A stretch of 37,280 bases of DNA from Candidatus Aenigmatarchaeota archaeon (GCA_039091255.1 JAWCMQ010000002.1:142126-179405), one strand, 5' to 3'; counted from the stretch's first letter, positions 22,944-33,467 are shown. Numbers and translations: made by a program. Notes: generated from the sequence alone by a model not told the origin.

Positions 22944-24311
22944 ATGCTTATGCCATCTGACCTCTCGGCTTTTTTCTCCCCCAAGACAGTGGCAGTGGTC
23001 GGCGTCAGCCGCTCGCCGAAGAAAATCGGACGCATCGTTTTTGATAATCTGACTAGCCGCGAAGCGGCGAGCTATTCGTTCAAAGCCTACGCTGTCAACC
23101 CAGAAACCGATGAAATCGACGGCCATCCGTGCTATCCACGCGTTTCAGCAATAAAAGACAAAATAGACCTTGCTGTTATAGCAATTCCAGCCAAAGCTGT
23201 GCCAGCGGCGATAGCCGATTGCGCAAAGGCTAACACAAAAGCTGCGATAATTCTTACAGCCGGCTTCTCAGAAGTCGGCAATGCAGCCGGCGAGCGGGCT
23301 ATTATGCGCGCAAAGAAGCGCATGCGCATCCTTGGGCCTAACACGATGGGCTGCTACGATGCGCATTCTGGAATTGATACCATCTTCAACCCGCGCCACA
23401 GGCAAGCCCGTCCAGTTCCTGGCAAAATCGCTTTCATCAGCCAATCAGGAGCGCTAGGCGCAGCCGTTCTGGACTGGTGCGCTGCGGAGCGCATCGGCAT
23501 ATCCAAGTTTATCTCGATCGGCAATCGCATCGACGTCGACGAAATAGAGCTTCTGCAGCATCTCGCAAAAGACAAGCAGACGGCGGCTATCGCGCTATAC
23601 CTCGAAGGCACGAAGCGTGGACCTGAGCTGATAGATGCGCTAAAGTCTGTCGGCAAGCGAAAGCCCATCGTTGTGCTAAAAGCTGGTCGCACGTTGGCTG
23701 GAGCGCGAGCCGTCTTCTCGCACACCGCGAGCTTAGCAGGCGAGCCGGAAGTCTGGCGGGGCGCACTCAGGCAGGCGCGTGCGCTCGAAGCCCGAGGTCT
23801 CGAAGAACTTTTCGACATGGTTAAGGCGCTCTCGGAGCAGCCCGTGCCGAAGGGGCCGCAAATCGCCATCGTGACAAACGGCGGCGGCATCGGTGTGTTG
23901 TGCGCAGATGAGGTCGTAGAGCAAGGCCTGCAGCTTGCTCAGCCTGCAAAGGCAACTCTAGCAAAAATCAAACAAACAATACCGCAATATGCTGCCATAG
24001 GGAATCCGCTCGACTTGACGGCCGACTCTACGCCAGAGATGTACAAAGCAGCCTTAGAGGCTCTGCTCAGCGACAAGACCGTTGATGCAGCGCTGATAAT
24101 AGTGCTCTTCCAAGTCCCATCTATGGAACCATCGATAGTCGACATCCTCAAAGATGCTCAACGTTTCAAAAAGCCGCTGGTTGTATGCGCCACAGGCGGT
24201 GAGTTTACCGCGATGAACAGACGGCTTCTGGAAAAGGCCGGAATACCGACTTATCCAAGCCCAGACCGTGCAGTTCGGGCGCTTGCAGCGCTCGTGCAGT
24301 ACGGAAAGTAA
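22944..24311 (+). CDS. acdA: ADP-forming acetyl-CoA synthetase, alpha subunit (CoA-binding + ligase-CoA domains)
   Basis: FF.PK.VAVVG.S..P.KIG..V..NL followed by ILGPN..G and QSGALG motifs. Confidence 0.85.
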   Translation: MLMPSDLSAFFSPKTVAVVGVSRSPKKIGRIVFDNLTSREAASYSFKAYAVNPETDEIDGHPCYPRVSAIKDKIDLAVIAIPAKAVPAAIADCAKANTKAAIILTAGFSEVGNAAGERAIMRAKKRMRILGPNTMGCYDAHSGIDTIFNPRHRQARPVPGKIAFISQSGALGAAVLDWCAAERIGISKFISIGNRIDVDEIELLQHLAKDKQTAAIALYLEGTKRGPELIDALKSVGKRKPIVVLKAGRTLAGARAVFSHTASLAGEPEVWRGALRQARALEARGLEELFDMVKALSEQPVPKGPQIAIVTNGGGIGVLCADEVVEQGLQLAQPAKATLAKIKQTIPQYAAIGNPLDLTADSTPEMYKAALEALLSDKTVDAALIIVLFQVPSMEPSIVDILKDAQRFKKPLVVCATGGEFTAMNRRLLEKAGIPTYPSPDRAVRALAALVQYGK

Positions 24312-24856
24312 GAAATCAAGTCCGATTTTGTAATCAGGCCTTTCATGCGACCTCTGTCCGCAACTAGCACAATGGGGAAATATCGCAACAGGCTTGCAAC
24401 GGCTTCCGCGCTGGTCGTCTCAGATACAATCGGTGGGCAATCACCCATGACCTGCGTTACATCTAGCTCTCGTATGTCATGCTCCGCCATCTTTTCGAGA
24501 AGTGACCCCTCTGTGACAATGCCAACAGGCCGACCACGCCGCAGCACAGGCAGCTGGGATATTCCGTGCTTTTTCATTTGTCGTATTACGGAAGACGCCT
24601 TCTGGCCGGGTTCGGCCCAAATTATGCGCCTATTCATGATGTCGCGCGCCTTCGCATCAGATTGCTTAGCGAGCCTGTCTAGCGCATCGAATATCCTCTT
24701 TGCATTGGTATAGCTTGGATCAACTTTTCCGGACTCTATTTTTGCAATCAGCGATTGGCTAACGCAAGCAGCTCGCGCCAATCCTGCCTGCGTAAGTCCA
24801 AGCTGTCTGCGTATCTTCCCTATCTCGCTTATCTCCATAAGCATGTGGCGCACCAT
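24251..24856 (-). CDS. XRE-type HTH + tandem CBS domain protein
   Basis: IRRQLGLTQAGLARAACVSQSLIAKIESGK followed by two CBS-like repeats (DIM...GISQLPV; V.QVM...IVLV). Its 3' end overlaps the acdA 3' end convergently. Confidence 0.7.
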   Translation of the reverse strand: MVRHMLMEISEIGKIRRQLGLTQAGLARAACVSQSLIAKIESGKVDPSYTNAKRIFDALDRLAKQSDAKARDIMNRRIIWAEPGQKASSVIRQMKKHGISQLPVLRRGRPVGIVTEGSLLEKMAEHDIRELDVTQVMGDCPPIVSETTSAEAVASLLRYFPIVLVADRGRMKGLITKSDLISYFPYCTSAASARTARSGLG

Positions 24857-24922
24857 ATTCAAATAGGAATAATTTTGTCAGAAGAATATTAAAGATGAGA
24901 AACCAAACAAAACTAGGTTGCA

Positions 24923-26095
24923 ATGACAAAAAGAAACGGTAACTATTTGTTCACCTCAGAGTCTGTGACCGAAGGCCACCCAGACAAAATTTGTGATCAG
25001 ATTAGCGACGCAATCCTCGACGCCATGTACGCCAAAGACCCTTATTCCCGCGTAGCCGTCGAAACGCTCGTAACAACAGGCCTTTGCATAGTCGCAGGCG
25101 AGGTTACGACATCGTGCTACATTGACATCCAAGACACGATTCGCAAGACCATTCGCGACATCGGCTACACCAGCGACGTGCTCGGCTTCGATTTCGACTC
25201 ATGTGGAGTGCTTGTGGCAATTCACGAGCAATCGCCCGACATAGCGCAAGCCGTTATCAAACATGCAGACCACGAAGACCTTGGCGCAGGCGATCAAGGC
25301 CTGATGTTCGGTTATGCCTGCAACGAGACGCCAGAGCTCATGCCGCTACCCATATCGCTTGCGCACAAGCTTTGCATGCGCCTAGCTGAGCTGCGCAAAA
25401 GCGGAGAAATAAAGTGGCTGCGACCTGATGGCAAGTCTCAAGTGACCGTCGAATATGAGAACGGCAGACCGAAGCGCGTGCATACTGTAGTTGTCAGCAC
25501 GCAGCACGATCCTGGCGTTACAAACGAACAAATCCGCACAGAAATCATAGAAAAGGTCATCGAGCCTGTATGCGGGCGCTGGATCGACGAGCGCACAATT
25601 TTTCATATAAACCCCTCAGGCCGCTTCGTGCTAGGAGGTCCTGCAGGCGACACTGGCGTCACTGGACGAAAAATAATCGTTGACACCTATGGCGGTATGG
25701 GCAGCCACGGCGGTGGCGCCTTTTCCGGCAAAGACCCTACCAAAGTCGACCGTTCGGCATCTTACATGGCACGCCATGTAGCAAAGAACATCGTTGCAGC
25801 AGGATTGGCAGAAGAGTGTGAAGTTCAACTTTCCTATGCAATCGGCATCGCCGAACCCGTATCGGTTCTTGTGAACACTTTCGGCACCGGCAAGCTGCCA
25901 GACGAAAAGCTGGCTGAGCTCGTTCGCAAAGTCTTCCCGCTGAAACCCGCACAGATAATCAGGTACCTGAATCTTCGCAGACCTATATACAGGAAGACTG
26001 CAGCTTACGGCCACTTCGGCCGCGAAGACCCCGATTTCACATGGGAAACCACAAACAAAGTTGAGGAGCTTAGGCAAGCAATCCAATCGTTTTAA
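24923..26095 (+). CDS. metK: S-adenosylmethionine synthetase, bacterial/eukaryotic MetK type
   Basis: [37 protein letters not shown] and [16 protein letters not shown] are hallmark MetK motifs. Confidence 0.93.
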   Translation: MTKRNGNYLFTSESVTEGHPDKICDQISDAILDAMYAKDPYSRVAVETLVTTGLCIVAGEVTTSCYIDIQDTIRKTIRDIGYTSDVLGFDFDSCGVLVAIHEQSPDIAQAVIKHADHEDLGAGDQGLMFGYACNETPELMPLPISLAHKLCMRLAELRKSGEIKWLRPDGKSQVTVEYENGRPKRVHTVVVSTQHDPGVTNEQIRTEIIEKVIEPVCGRWIDERTIFHINPSGRFVLGGPAGDTGVTGRKIIVDTYGGMGSHGGGAFSGKDPTKVDRSASYMARHVAKNIVAAGLAEECEVQLSYAIGIAEPVSVLVNTFGTGKLPDEKLAELVRKVFPLKPAQIIRYLNLRRPIYRKTAAYGHFGREDPDFTWETTNKVEELRQAIQSF

Positions 26096-26121
26096 TATCT
26101 TTCTTCTGCTTTCTACGGCTT

Positions 26122-26925
26122 ATGGTAACGAGACAAGCGAAAGATGGCAAGCAAGCCATTTGTAGATTAGCGGGCCAGCCAAAACGCGCAAAACGAGCTA
26201 AATGCAAGTTCGTAAGCGGCCACCCAGCAATGGCGCTCGGTGATTGGCTCATTGTGGCAGACTTGCATCTAGGGATAACGCGCGAACTGTATGAAGCTGG
26301 TGTCTCGCTTCCCAGCCAAATCAGTGCATTCGTCAAGCGGCTGCACGATCTCAAGCAGCTTACGTGCACCAGCAAGTTAATTCTGCTCGGCGACGTCAAG
26401 CATAAGGTGCCTGGAATAAGCTGGCAGGAGGAGCATGAGCTTCCCGATTTCCTCGCAGCGCTTGAATTCGATGAGATTATGATAATCAAAGGCAACCACG
26501 ACGGCGGCATCGAGCAAATTATCCCCAGCGAACTGAAGGGCAAAGTCAAGGTAAAGAAATGGTTCGCTGCCGGTGGACATTACTTCACGCACGGTCACTG
26601 TAAAATGACTGGCACTGCTTTACGCTCGCCAACCATTAGCACCATCGTCATCGGCCACAACCAGCCCGCTGTTTTATTCCAAGATTCAATCGGTGCCCGC
26701 TATATCGAGCCTGTCTGGGTGCGCGGCCCGCTGAACGGTGTATACAAAGGGCACGAGCTTATCATAATGCCGGCTTTCAATAATCTGCGCGGTCATGCGC
26801 TAGTTAACCGCGGCAAATTCATCGGCCCCATCGCAAAGCACATCAGCCCAAGGACTGCCCGGGCATTCCTGCTCGACGGCACGGATTTGGGCACGCTCTC
26901 TAATCTCAAATTCAAGGAGGATTAG
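26122..26925 (+). CDS. calcineurin-like metallophosphoesterase (PdeM-type, Lhr-associated)
   Basis: ADLHLG, LGDVKH, KGNHD and THGH motifs. The stop is directly followed by the lhr ATG. Confidence 0.75.
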   Translation: MVTRQAKDGKQAICRLAGQPKRAKRAKCKFVSGHPAMALGDWLIVADLHLGITRELYEAGVSLPSQISAFVKRLHDLKQLTCTSKLILLGDVKHKVPGISWQEEHELPDFLAALEFDEIMIIKGNHDGGIEQIIPSELKGKVKVKKWFAAGGHYFTHGHCKMTGTALRSPTISTIVIGHNQPAVLFQDSIGARYIEPVWVRGPLNGVYKGHELIIMPAFNNLRGHALVNRGKFIGPIAKHISPRTARAFLLDGTDLGTLSNLKFKED

Positions 26926-29700
26926 ATGTTCAAAGATTTTTCGCCAAAGATGCAAGCTTTGATAAAGGAAAGGGGGTTTGTTGAGCCTACGCTGGCACAG
27001 CGCCTTGGAATACCCGAAATACTGAAAGGCTCAAACGTTTTGATAGTCGCTCCGACCGGCATCGGAAAGACAGAAGCCGCATGCCTGCCGCTGTTTGACA
27101 AGATAAGCTCTGCAAGGTCCGAACCTATCTCGCTGCTCTACATTACGCCGCTCCGAGCACTCAACCGAGATCTCCTCGACCGCCTCATGTGGTGGGCAAA
27201 TAAGCTTGATGTCGAAATAGCGGTTCGCCACGGTGACACTAGCCAGAACGAGCGAAAATCACAGGCGGATGCTCCACCTCATGTGCTTATATCCACACCA
27301 GAAACGCTCCAAGCCATGCTGGTAGGCAAGCGCATGCGTGAACATCTGAAAAACGTAAAGCATGTTGTTATAGACGAGATACACGAGCTTGTGAGCAATA
27401 AGCGTGGAGCTCAGCTCTCGTTGGCGCTCGAGCGCCTGTCGGAGCTTGCGCCCGACTTTCAGCGCATTGGCCTTTCAGCGACTGTGGGCTCCCCTGAGCT
27501 AGTTGCAAGATTCTTAGGACCTGGCACCAAAGTTATACACGCCGAGGGCGAGAAAAAATATGATATCCGCGTAGAATACCCTAAGCCTACATCAGCAGAC
27601 GAGTCGTTGTCGGACGACCTAGTAATATCTCCTACAACTGTAGCCCGCTTGAGGCGCCTGCATGAGCTGATCAAATCGCACAAATCGGTGCTCACATTCA
27701 CTAATACACGCGAAACAGCCGAGGTTCTCTCTTCCCGTTTGCGCACATTAGACAAAGACCTCGCGCAGGAAGTTCACCATGGCTCGCTGTCAAAGGAACG
27801 CAGAATAAAGTCGGAGCAGAAGTTCAAAGCGCAGGAACTTAAATCGATAATAGCAACGTCGAGTTTGGAGCTCGGCATAGATATTGGCTCATGCGATTTG
27901 GCAGTCCAATACTTGTCGCCGCGCCAAGTATCTCGGATAATACAGCGCGTAGGTAGAAGCGGCCACCACATCGGCGCGACGAGCAAAGGCGTAATTCTTT
28001 CGGGAGACGAAGATCTGTTCGAGTCTGCTGTTATTGCCAAACGTGCCTCCGAAAAGAAGCTCGAACCAATAAAGGCACACGAGCTTGCGCTCGACGTTTT
28101 GGCATCGCAAATAGTCGGTTTATCATTGGAATATAAGGAAATAGGCGTTGCAAAGGCGTTTGAGGTATGCCGCCGTGCCTTCCCTTTCCGCGATATCAGT
28201 AAAAAAGAGTTCGACCAACTAATAGAATTTCTTGATGCTGTACGCCTTGTCTGGATAAACCAAACGCCTCTCGGTCCAAGCATCCGTCCGCGAAAAAGGG
28301 CCTTTAAGTACTACTTCTCAAACTTGTCGATGATTCCCGACACGGTTCAGTATCGTGTGTTGAGCGTTATAGAGAACGAACCTATCGGAAGCCTAGACGA
28401 AGAATTCGTCGCGGAGTATGGCCTTCCAGGCCAGAAATTCATCTGCTCTGGCCGCGCATGGCGCGTAATCGGTGTAGATGGGCTGACCGTGACGGTTGAG
28501 CCTGTAGAGGATATAGAATCTGCGATACCTGCCTGGGAAGGAGAGCTCATACCAGTGCCATTCGAGGTTGCGCAAGAAGTTGGTCGACTCAGGCGTGAGG
28601 TGGCCCAAAAGGCGCTCTCTCAAATCCGGGAAGAGTTTCCTATAGATTCAGCTGCTGCATCCGAGCTCTTGCGCATAATCGACAAGCAGGCATCTACGCA
28701 TCCTGTCCCAGACGAAACGATGTGGCTCATAGAGTCCCACGACACTTTTGTAGTCATACACACTTGCTGCGGCTCGCTCGTCAACGACACGATAGGCCGC
28801 TATCTCGCAGCCATACTGACAGCTAAAACGGGTGTTGCCGTCACGGTAAAGTGCGATCCGTATCGCATAATCTTGCAAACAAAAGCAACGCCAGAGCAAG
28901 TCAAGTTCGAGCTCGAAAACGCAAAAAACATAGAGGAAGTCTTGCGGCTTGCGCTTTGCCGCTCTTCCCTGTTCAAGCACCGCTTCGTCCAGGTCGCTCG
29001 GCGATTCGGAATCATAGCCAAGGACGCCAGATACGACAAGCTGAACCTGTCAAAGATAATCGCCCAATACGCAGGCACGCCTGTTGAGGAAGAAACGCTC
29101 CGCGAGATATTTTTCGACAAGCTTGATGTCATAAACGCCGAAAGCATACTAGACGCGATTCGAAAAAAGAAAATAAAACTCACCCTTAAGCCTGGCCTTT
29201 CGCACCTTGGTGAACTCGGTCTAATCCACCAATTCTCAGAGCTAATTAAGCCAGCCCAACCCGAAGAGGAGATATTCAAAGCCTTCAAACGCCGTCTTAT
29301 GGCGACGCGCGTGCGGCTGCTTTGCATGAACTGCGCCGACTACTCGGTTGTAAAGCAGGTGAAAGACGTAGACGACCAGCCCGAGTGCCAGAAGTGCGGC
29401 TCGCGGTTGATAGCGGCGCTTCACCCAACTCGGCATATTGTACAGAAAATAGCCAAAGCCCGACTCAAGAAAAAGCCGCTCAACAGCGTTGACTTGCATG
29501 AGTTCCAAACCGCAAGGCGCAGCGCAGACCTTGTTATAGTGTACGGAAAAAAGGCCGTCATCGCGCTGGCAGGCCATGGCGTTGGACCAGAATCCGCCGC
29601 AAGGATATTGGCAAAGCTTCAGCCGACTCAGGAAGCATTCTACAGAGACATCCTTGAAGCAGAGCGCACATTCGCGCGCACAAAGCCTTATTGGAGCTGA
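26926..29700 (+). CDS. lhr: Lhr-family DEAD/DEAH-box ATP-dependent helicase
   Basis: APTGIGKTEA, VIDEIHE, SAT, HHGSLS and QR.GR.GH motifs plus a long C-terminal Lhr-type extension with a CxxC...CxxC pair. Confidence 0.85.
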   Translation: MFKDFSPKMQALIKERGFVEPTLAQRLGIPEILKGSNVLIVAPTGIGKTEAACLPLFDKISSARSEPISLLYITPLRALNRDLLDRLMWWANKLDVEIAVRHGDTSQNERKSQADAPPHVLISTPETLQAMLVGKRMREHLKNVKHVVIDEIHELVSNKRGAQLSLALERLSELAPDFQRIGLSATVGSPELVARFLGPGTKVIHAEGEKKYDIRVEYPKPTSADESLSDDLVISPTTVARLRRLHELIKSHKSVLTFTNTRETAEVLSSRLRTLDKDLAQEVHHGSLSKERRIKSEQKFKAQELKSIIATSSLELGIDIGSCDLAVQYLSPRQVSRIIQRVGRSGHHIGATSKGVILSGDEDLFESAVIAKRASEKKLEPIKAHELALDVLASQIVGLSLEYKEIGVAKAFEVCRRAFPFRDISKKEFDQLIEFLDAVRLVWINQTPLGPSIRPRKRAFKYYFSNLSMIPDTVQYRVLSVIENEPIGSLDEEFVAEYGLPGQKFICSGRAWRVIGVDGLTVTVEPVEDIESAIPAWEGELIPVPFEVAQEVGRLRREVAQKALSQIREEFPIDSAAASELLRIIDKQASTHPVPDETMWLIESHDTFVVIHTCCGSLVNDTIGRYLAAILTAKTGVAVTVKCDPYRIILQTKATPEQVKFELENAKNIEEVLRLALCRSSLFKHRFVQVARRFGIIAKDARYDKLNLSKIIAQYAGTPVEEETLREIFFDKLDVINAESILDAIRKKKIKLTLKPGLSHLGELGLIHQFSELIKPAQPEEEIFKAFKRRLMATRVRLLCMNCADYSVVKQVKDVDDQPECQKCGSRLIAALHPTRHIVQKIAKARLKKKPLNSVDLHEFQTARRSADLVIVYGKKAVIALAGHGVGPESAARILAKLQPTQEAFYRDILEAERTFARTKPYWS

Positions 29701-29766
29701 CGGAGCTAAAACGGCTAGGTTGCTGCGGCGAACCATCTATTTTTATTCTGTATTCACAATTATCTC

Positions 29767-31500
29767 ATGCCTTCCGCCAAAACGCAGGAAATAGCAAACA
29801 TTTTCTACGAGATTGCGGACATACTCGAGCTCAAGCAGGTACCGTGGAAGCCCATAGCATACCGCAAGGCTGCCCGCGCGCTCGAAACGATGGGCGAAGA
29901 CGTTGAGTCGGTCTACAAGCGTGGCGGTGTGAAGGCCTTTATGGAAATTCCAGGAATAGGCGAGCGGCTTGCAAAGAAAATCGTTGAATATCTCGAAACA
30001 GGAAAGGTGCGCGAGTATGAGCGTGTCAAGCGCCTCATCCCATCTGGCGTCGAGGAGATGATGCACGTAGCGAGCTTGGGACCGAAGAAAGCGATGCGCC
30101 TTTACAAAGAGCTGCACATCAAATCCATCAGCGAGCTCGAAGCCGCGGCTAAAGCTGGAAAAATAAGAGCGCTAAAAGGCTTCGGTCAAAAAAGCGAGCA
30201 GGACATTCTACGAGGCCTTTCCTTCTTGCAGCTTCGCAAGGCGCGCCCGCTCCTCGGGACAGCCCTCCCGATAGCCCGCGACATTGAAGCACGCCTTAGG
30301 AAGGTGAAAGGTGTCAAAGTAGCACAAGCGGCAGGCTCTGTACGGCGGATGAAAGAGACCGTCGGCGATATAGATATTCTTGTCATTGCAGTCGATTCAA
30401 AGCCGGTGATGGATTTCTTCACGTCCATGCCTGACGTTGCAGCGGTGCTGGCAAAAGGGCCTACAAAATCCACAGTGATGCTTAAGCAGGGAATCCAAGC
30501 AGACGTCCGGGTGCTTGAGGAGCGTTCGTTCGGAGCAGCGTTGCAGTATTTTACAGGAAGCAAAGACCACAACATTGCGCTGCGGAAAATCGCAATCCAA
30601 AAAGGCTACAAGCTGAGCGAGTATGGACTGTTCAGGCGCTCTGGTGCGTACGTCGCAGGCCGAACAGAACAAGATGTCTACCGCGCGCTTGGACTGCCCT
30701 ACATCGAGCCTGAGTTGCGCGAAAATTGGGGAGAAATTGAAGCTGCGCAGGCAGGCCGACTTCCAAAGCTCATCGCACTGGGTGATATTAAAGGCGACCT
30801 GCACGTCCACACGAAATGGGATGGCGGTGCGCACACAATAGAAGAAATGGCAGCAGCAATACAGAAGATGAAGTATCAATACTTCCTCGTAGCCGACCAC
30901 AGCAAAAGCCAGAAGATATCCAAAGGTCTCGATGAGCGTCGCCTCCTCAAGCAGATCGCAGAAATCGATAGACTTAACAAAAAATTCGATGGCTTCAGAA
31001 TATTCAAAGGCATTGAAGTCGATATCTTGCCGAGCGGAAAGCTCGACTTGAGCGATGCTGTGTTAAAGCAGCTCGACTTGGTCATCGCGTCCGTTCACTC
31101 GCGCTTCAAATCAAGCAGGGAAGAGATGACCGCGCGCATATGCACGGCTCTTGAGAACCCGCATGTAGACATCTTAGGCCACCCCACGGGCCGTCTTATT
31201 AACGAACGCCCACCCTACGCCTTAGATATGGAGAAAGTGTTTGACGTCGCCAAGGCAAGTGACAAAATTCTTGAAATAGACGCCTTCCCGAACAGACTCG
31301 ACCTGAACGACATTAACATAAAAGCTGCCAAAGCGGTGGGGTTAAAGTTCTCGATTGGCACTGATAGCCACTCGCGGGATCACTTGCGCGTCATGGAGTT
31401 TGGAGTTGCCCACGCCCGCCGTGGCTGGCTTGAAGCTCGCGACGTCATCAATGCGATGCCACTAAAAAAGTTTGAGAAGTTTGTGGATTCTAGGCGATAA
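29767..31500 (+). CDS. polX: family X DNA polymerase with C-terminal PHP domain
   Basis: N-terminal HhH (IA..F.EIA..LE......AYR.AA..LE), GSVRR..ETVGDIDILV, then the PHP motifs HVHT...D and ADHS. Confidence 0.88.
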   Translation: MPSAKTQEIANIFYEIADILELKQVPWKPIAYRKAARALETMGEDVESVYKRGGVKAFMEIPGIGERLAKKIVEYLETGKVREYERVKRLIPSGVEEMMHVASLGPKKAMRLYKELHIKSISELEAAAKAGKIRALKGFGQKSEQDILRGLSFLQLRKARPLLGTALPIARDIEARLRKVKGVKVAQAAGSVRRMKETVGDIDILVIAVDSKPVMDFFTSMPDVAAVLAKGPTKSTVMLKQGIQADVRVLEERSFGAALQYFTGSKDHNIALRKIAIQKGYKLSEYGLFRRSGAYVAGRTEQDVYRALGLPYIEPELRENWGEIEAAQAGRLPKLIALGDIKGDLHVHTKWDGGAHTIEEMAAAIQKMKYQYFLVADHSKSQKISKGLDERRLLKQIAEIDRLNKKFDGFRIFKGIEVDILPSGKLDLSDAVLKQLDLVIASVHSRFKSSREEMTARICTALENPHVDILGHPTGRLINERPPYALDMEKVFDVAKASDKILEIDAFPNRLDLNDINIKAAKAVGLKFSIGTDSHSRDHLRVMEFGVAHARRGWLEARDVINAMPLKKFEKFVDSRR

Positions 31501-31515
31501 ATTCGGTGATATGGT

Positions 31516-32415
31516 ATGGAAGCAGAAACCCTCCAAAAATACTTAGAAGCCGGCAAAATCGCGTCATCTATCAGAAAATCCGCAAAGGAATGGGCGCGCC
31601 CCGGTGTAACGTTGCTTGAGCTGGCAGAGAAAATAGAAGGTGCTGTCACACGTTCTGGTGCTGCGCTTGCTTTCCCTGTTAACCTTTCGTTGAACGAATT
31701 CGCTGCGCATTACACGCCATCACTCGATGAAACGACGGCGATAAAAGAAGGTGACCTGCTTAAGGTGGATATAGGCGTCCACATCGACGGCTTCGTCGCC
31801 GATACGGCGTTCACAGTATGCTTCAGCCCTCAATACGATTTTCTTGTTAAAGCTGTTGACTCCGCACTAGACAGCGCAATCAAGTTGTGCAAGCCCGGCA
31901 TCACGATAGCAGAGATTTCAGAGGCCATCGAACAGGCAATCCGATTCGCTGGAGCCGTGCCGATATCAAATCTCACAGGTCACGGTCTCACCAGATTTGA
32001 TATTCACGCTGAGCCCCCAATACCCAATATAAAAGTTGTATCAAACCAAAGACTCGCAGCCGGTCAAGTAATAGCCATCGAGCCTTTCGCCACAACACCG
32101 CAAGGAGCTGGATACGTTAAGGACTCCGAGCACATGCTGATATTTCGCCTTGTTGCACAGAAGCCTGTAAGGAACCAAGACGCGAGAAAAATATCGGCGT
32201 TAGCCAAAAACTTGGAAGGCTTGCCATTTGCGCGGCGTTGGATTGAGCGTGATCTGAAGCTAAGAGGCTTCAAGCTTAACCTTGCACTAAAGGAACTAAT
32301 CGACCGTGAGGCAGTTGAGGCGTTCCCAGCTCTACGTGAAGCTCATGGGCAACCCGTAGCGCAGGCAGAACACACAATTATCGTCGATAATCCGTCAATC
32401 GTGACGACAAAATGA
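31516..32415 (+). CDS. map: type-2 methionine aminopeptidase
   Basis: AFPVN.S.N..AAHYTP, D.LK.D.G.H.DG...D.A.T and the EP archaeal MetAP pattern. 299 aa. Confidence 0.88.
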   Translation: MEAETLQKYLEAGKIASSIRKSAKEWARPGVTLLELAEKIEGAVTRSGAALAFPVNLSLNEFAAHYTPSLDETTAIKEGDLLKVDIGVHIDGFVADTAFTVCFSPQYDFLVKAVDSALDSAIKLCKPGITIAEISEAIEQAIRFAGAVPISNLTGHGLTRFDIHAEPPIPNIKVVSNQRLAAGQVIAIEPFATTPQGAGYVKDSEHMLIFRLVAQKPVRNQDARKISALAKNLEGLPFARRWIERDLKLRGFKLNLALKELIDREAVEAFPALREAHGQPVAQAEHTIIVDNPSIVTTK

Positions 32416-32485
32416 GAAAATAAATAGTTCTAATTCGCCTCAGCAGCTCCACACATTTATATAGTTTCAACCAAAAACAATTTTG

Positions 32486-33046
32486 ATGCCGACGATTGCA
32501 ATAATTGACAACGGCAGAGGCGCTGACCGGCTGGCGCAGCTCGTGCGCGGTTCTAAAATTGTGAAGCCTAGCGCAGTGCCGACGGCGGACGCTTACATTC
32601 TCTCCGATGGCCAGCTCTCGCCAGCCGTGGAGAAAGCAAACATATCGCTTATCAAATCAAACAATGCCCCGATTCTGGGGATAGGTGCGGGTTACCTTTG
32701 CATAGGGCTCGCGTATGGGGCAAAGACCAAACCTGCCAGCTGCTCGAGAAATGAACGCATAACAATCACGCAGCGCTCGCCCATCCTGCTCGATCTCAAA
32801 AAGACTTTTACTGCAGTAGTAGAGCAGAAACTCAGGCTTGATGAGTTGCCGCCTGCTCTCGGATCTGTAGCGGCTTGCCCGAAGAACCCTAATGCGGTCG
32901 TACAGCATGGCGCAAATCTGGATAGCCCAGCTGATTCGCCGCTGCCGCAGTTCGGCGTTCACTTCAATCCAGAGTTAGGTATGGAAGGCATGGCCGTGTT
33001 GAACAACTTCTTGCATTTCGTTGAGATGTGGAAGAAATACCACTAG
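32486..33046 (+). CDS. class-I glutamine amidotransferase-like protein (GuaA subunit A-like) lacking catalytic Cys and His
   Basis: The architecture matches ~188-aa archaeal GMP synthase subunit A. PILGIGAGY replaces P.LGICLGHQ, and GVHFNPE replaces G.QFHPE. Confidence 0.6.
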   Translation: MPTIAIIDNGRGADRLAQLVRGSKIVKPSAVPTADAYILSDGQLSPAVEKANISLIKSNNAPILGIGAGYLCIGLAYGAKTKPASCSRNERITITQRSPILLDLKKTFTAVVEQKLRLDELPPALGSVAACPKNPNAVVQHGANLDSPADSPLPQFGVHFNPELGMEGMAVLNNFLHFVEMWKKYH

Positions 33047-33068
33047 GCAGCTTACTAGGAGACCGTGC

Positions 33069-33467
33069 TTACCCAAAATACGACTCCTGCGCCTGGTGCG
33101 CTTGCTGAATCTGTACCCCGGCCTTCGCGGCACGCTGTCTTTTGTGGAACTCTTTGTAAATCCCCCACGTGCGCTCACCTGATTTCATGTCCAGGACCTT
33201 TACGATGAGCTGCCTTGGTGTTGCAGCTGCACCGACTGTTATGGGTGTATAGTCGACAAGCACAAAGTCTCCTTGCTTGACGAACTTCGCTACCTTCGCA
33301 TCGGCCCTGAGCGTAATGATGTTTTCATCCCACATTTCGAGCGTCGCTTGTACGCTGTCATCGCCTCTCGCTGCTTTACCCGACCATACCTCCAAAACTT
33401 TCCCTATGTGATACATGGAATTGCCTCCATTCATTTGAAACGCGGCCGCAAGCCGCTCCATCGCCAA
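33069..33467 (-). CDS. hypothetical protein (up to 132 aa; start uncertain)
   Basis: The ORF starts immediately after the cdc48 stop. Alternative ATGs lie at 33461 and about 33416. Confidence 0.45.
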   Translation of the reverse strand: MAMERLAAAFQMNGGNSMYHIGKVLEVWSGKAARGDDSVQATLEMWDENIITLRADAKVAKFVKQGDFVLVDYTPITVGAAATPRQLIVKVLDMKSGERTWGIYKEFHKRQRAAKAGVQIQQAHQAQESYFG

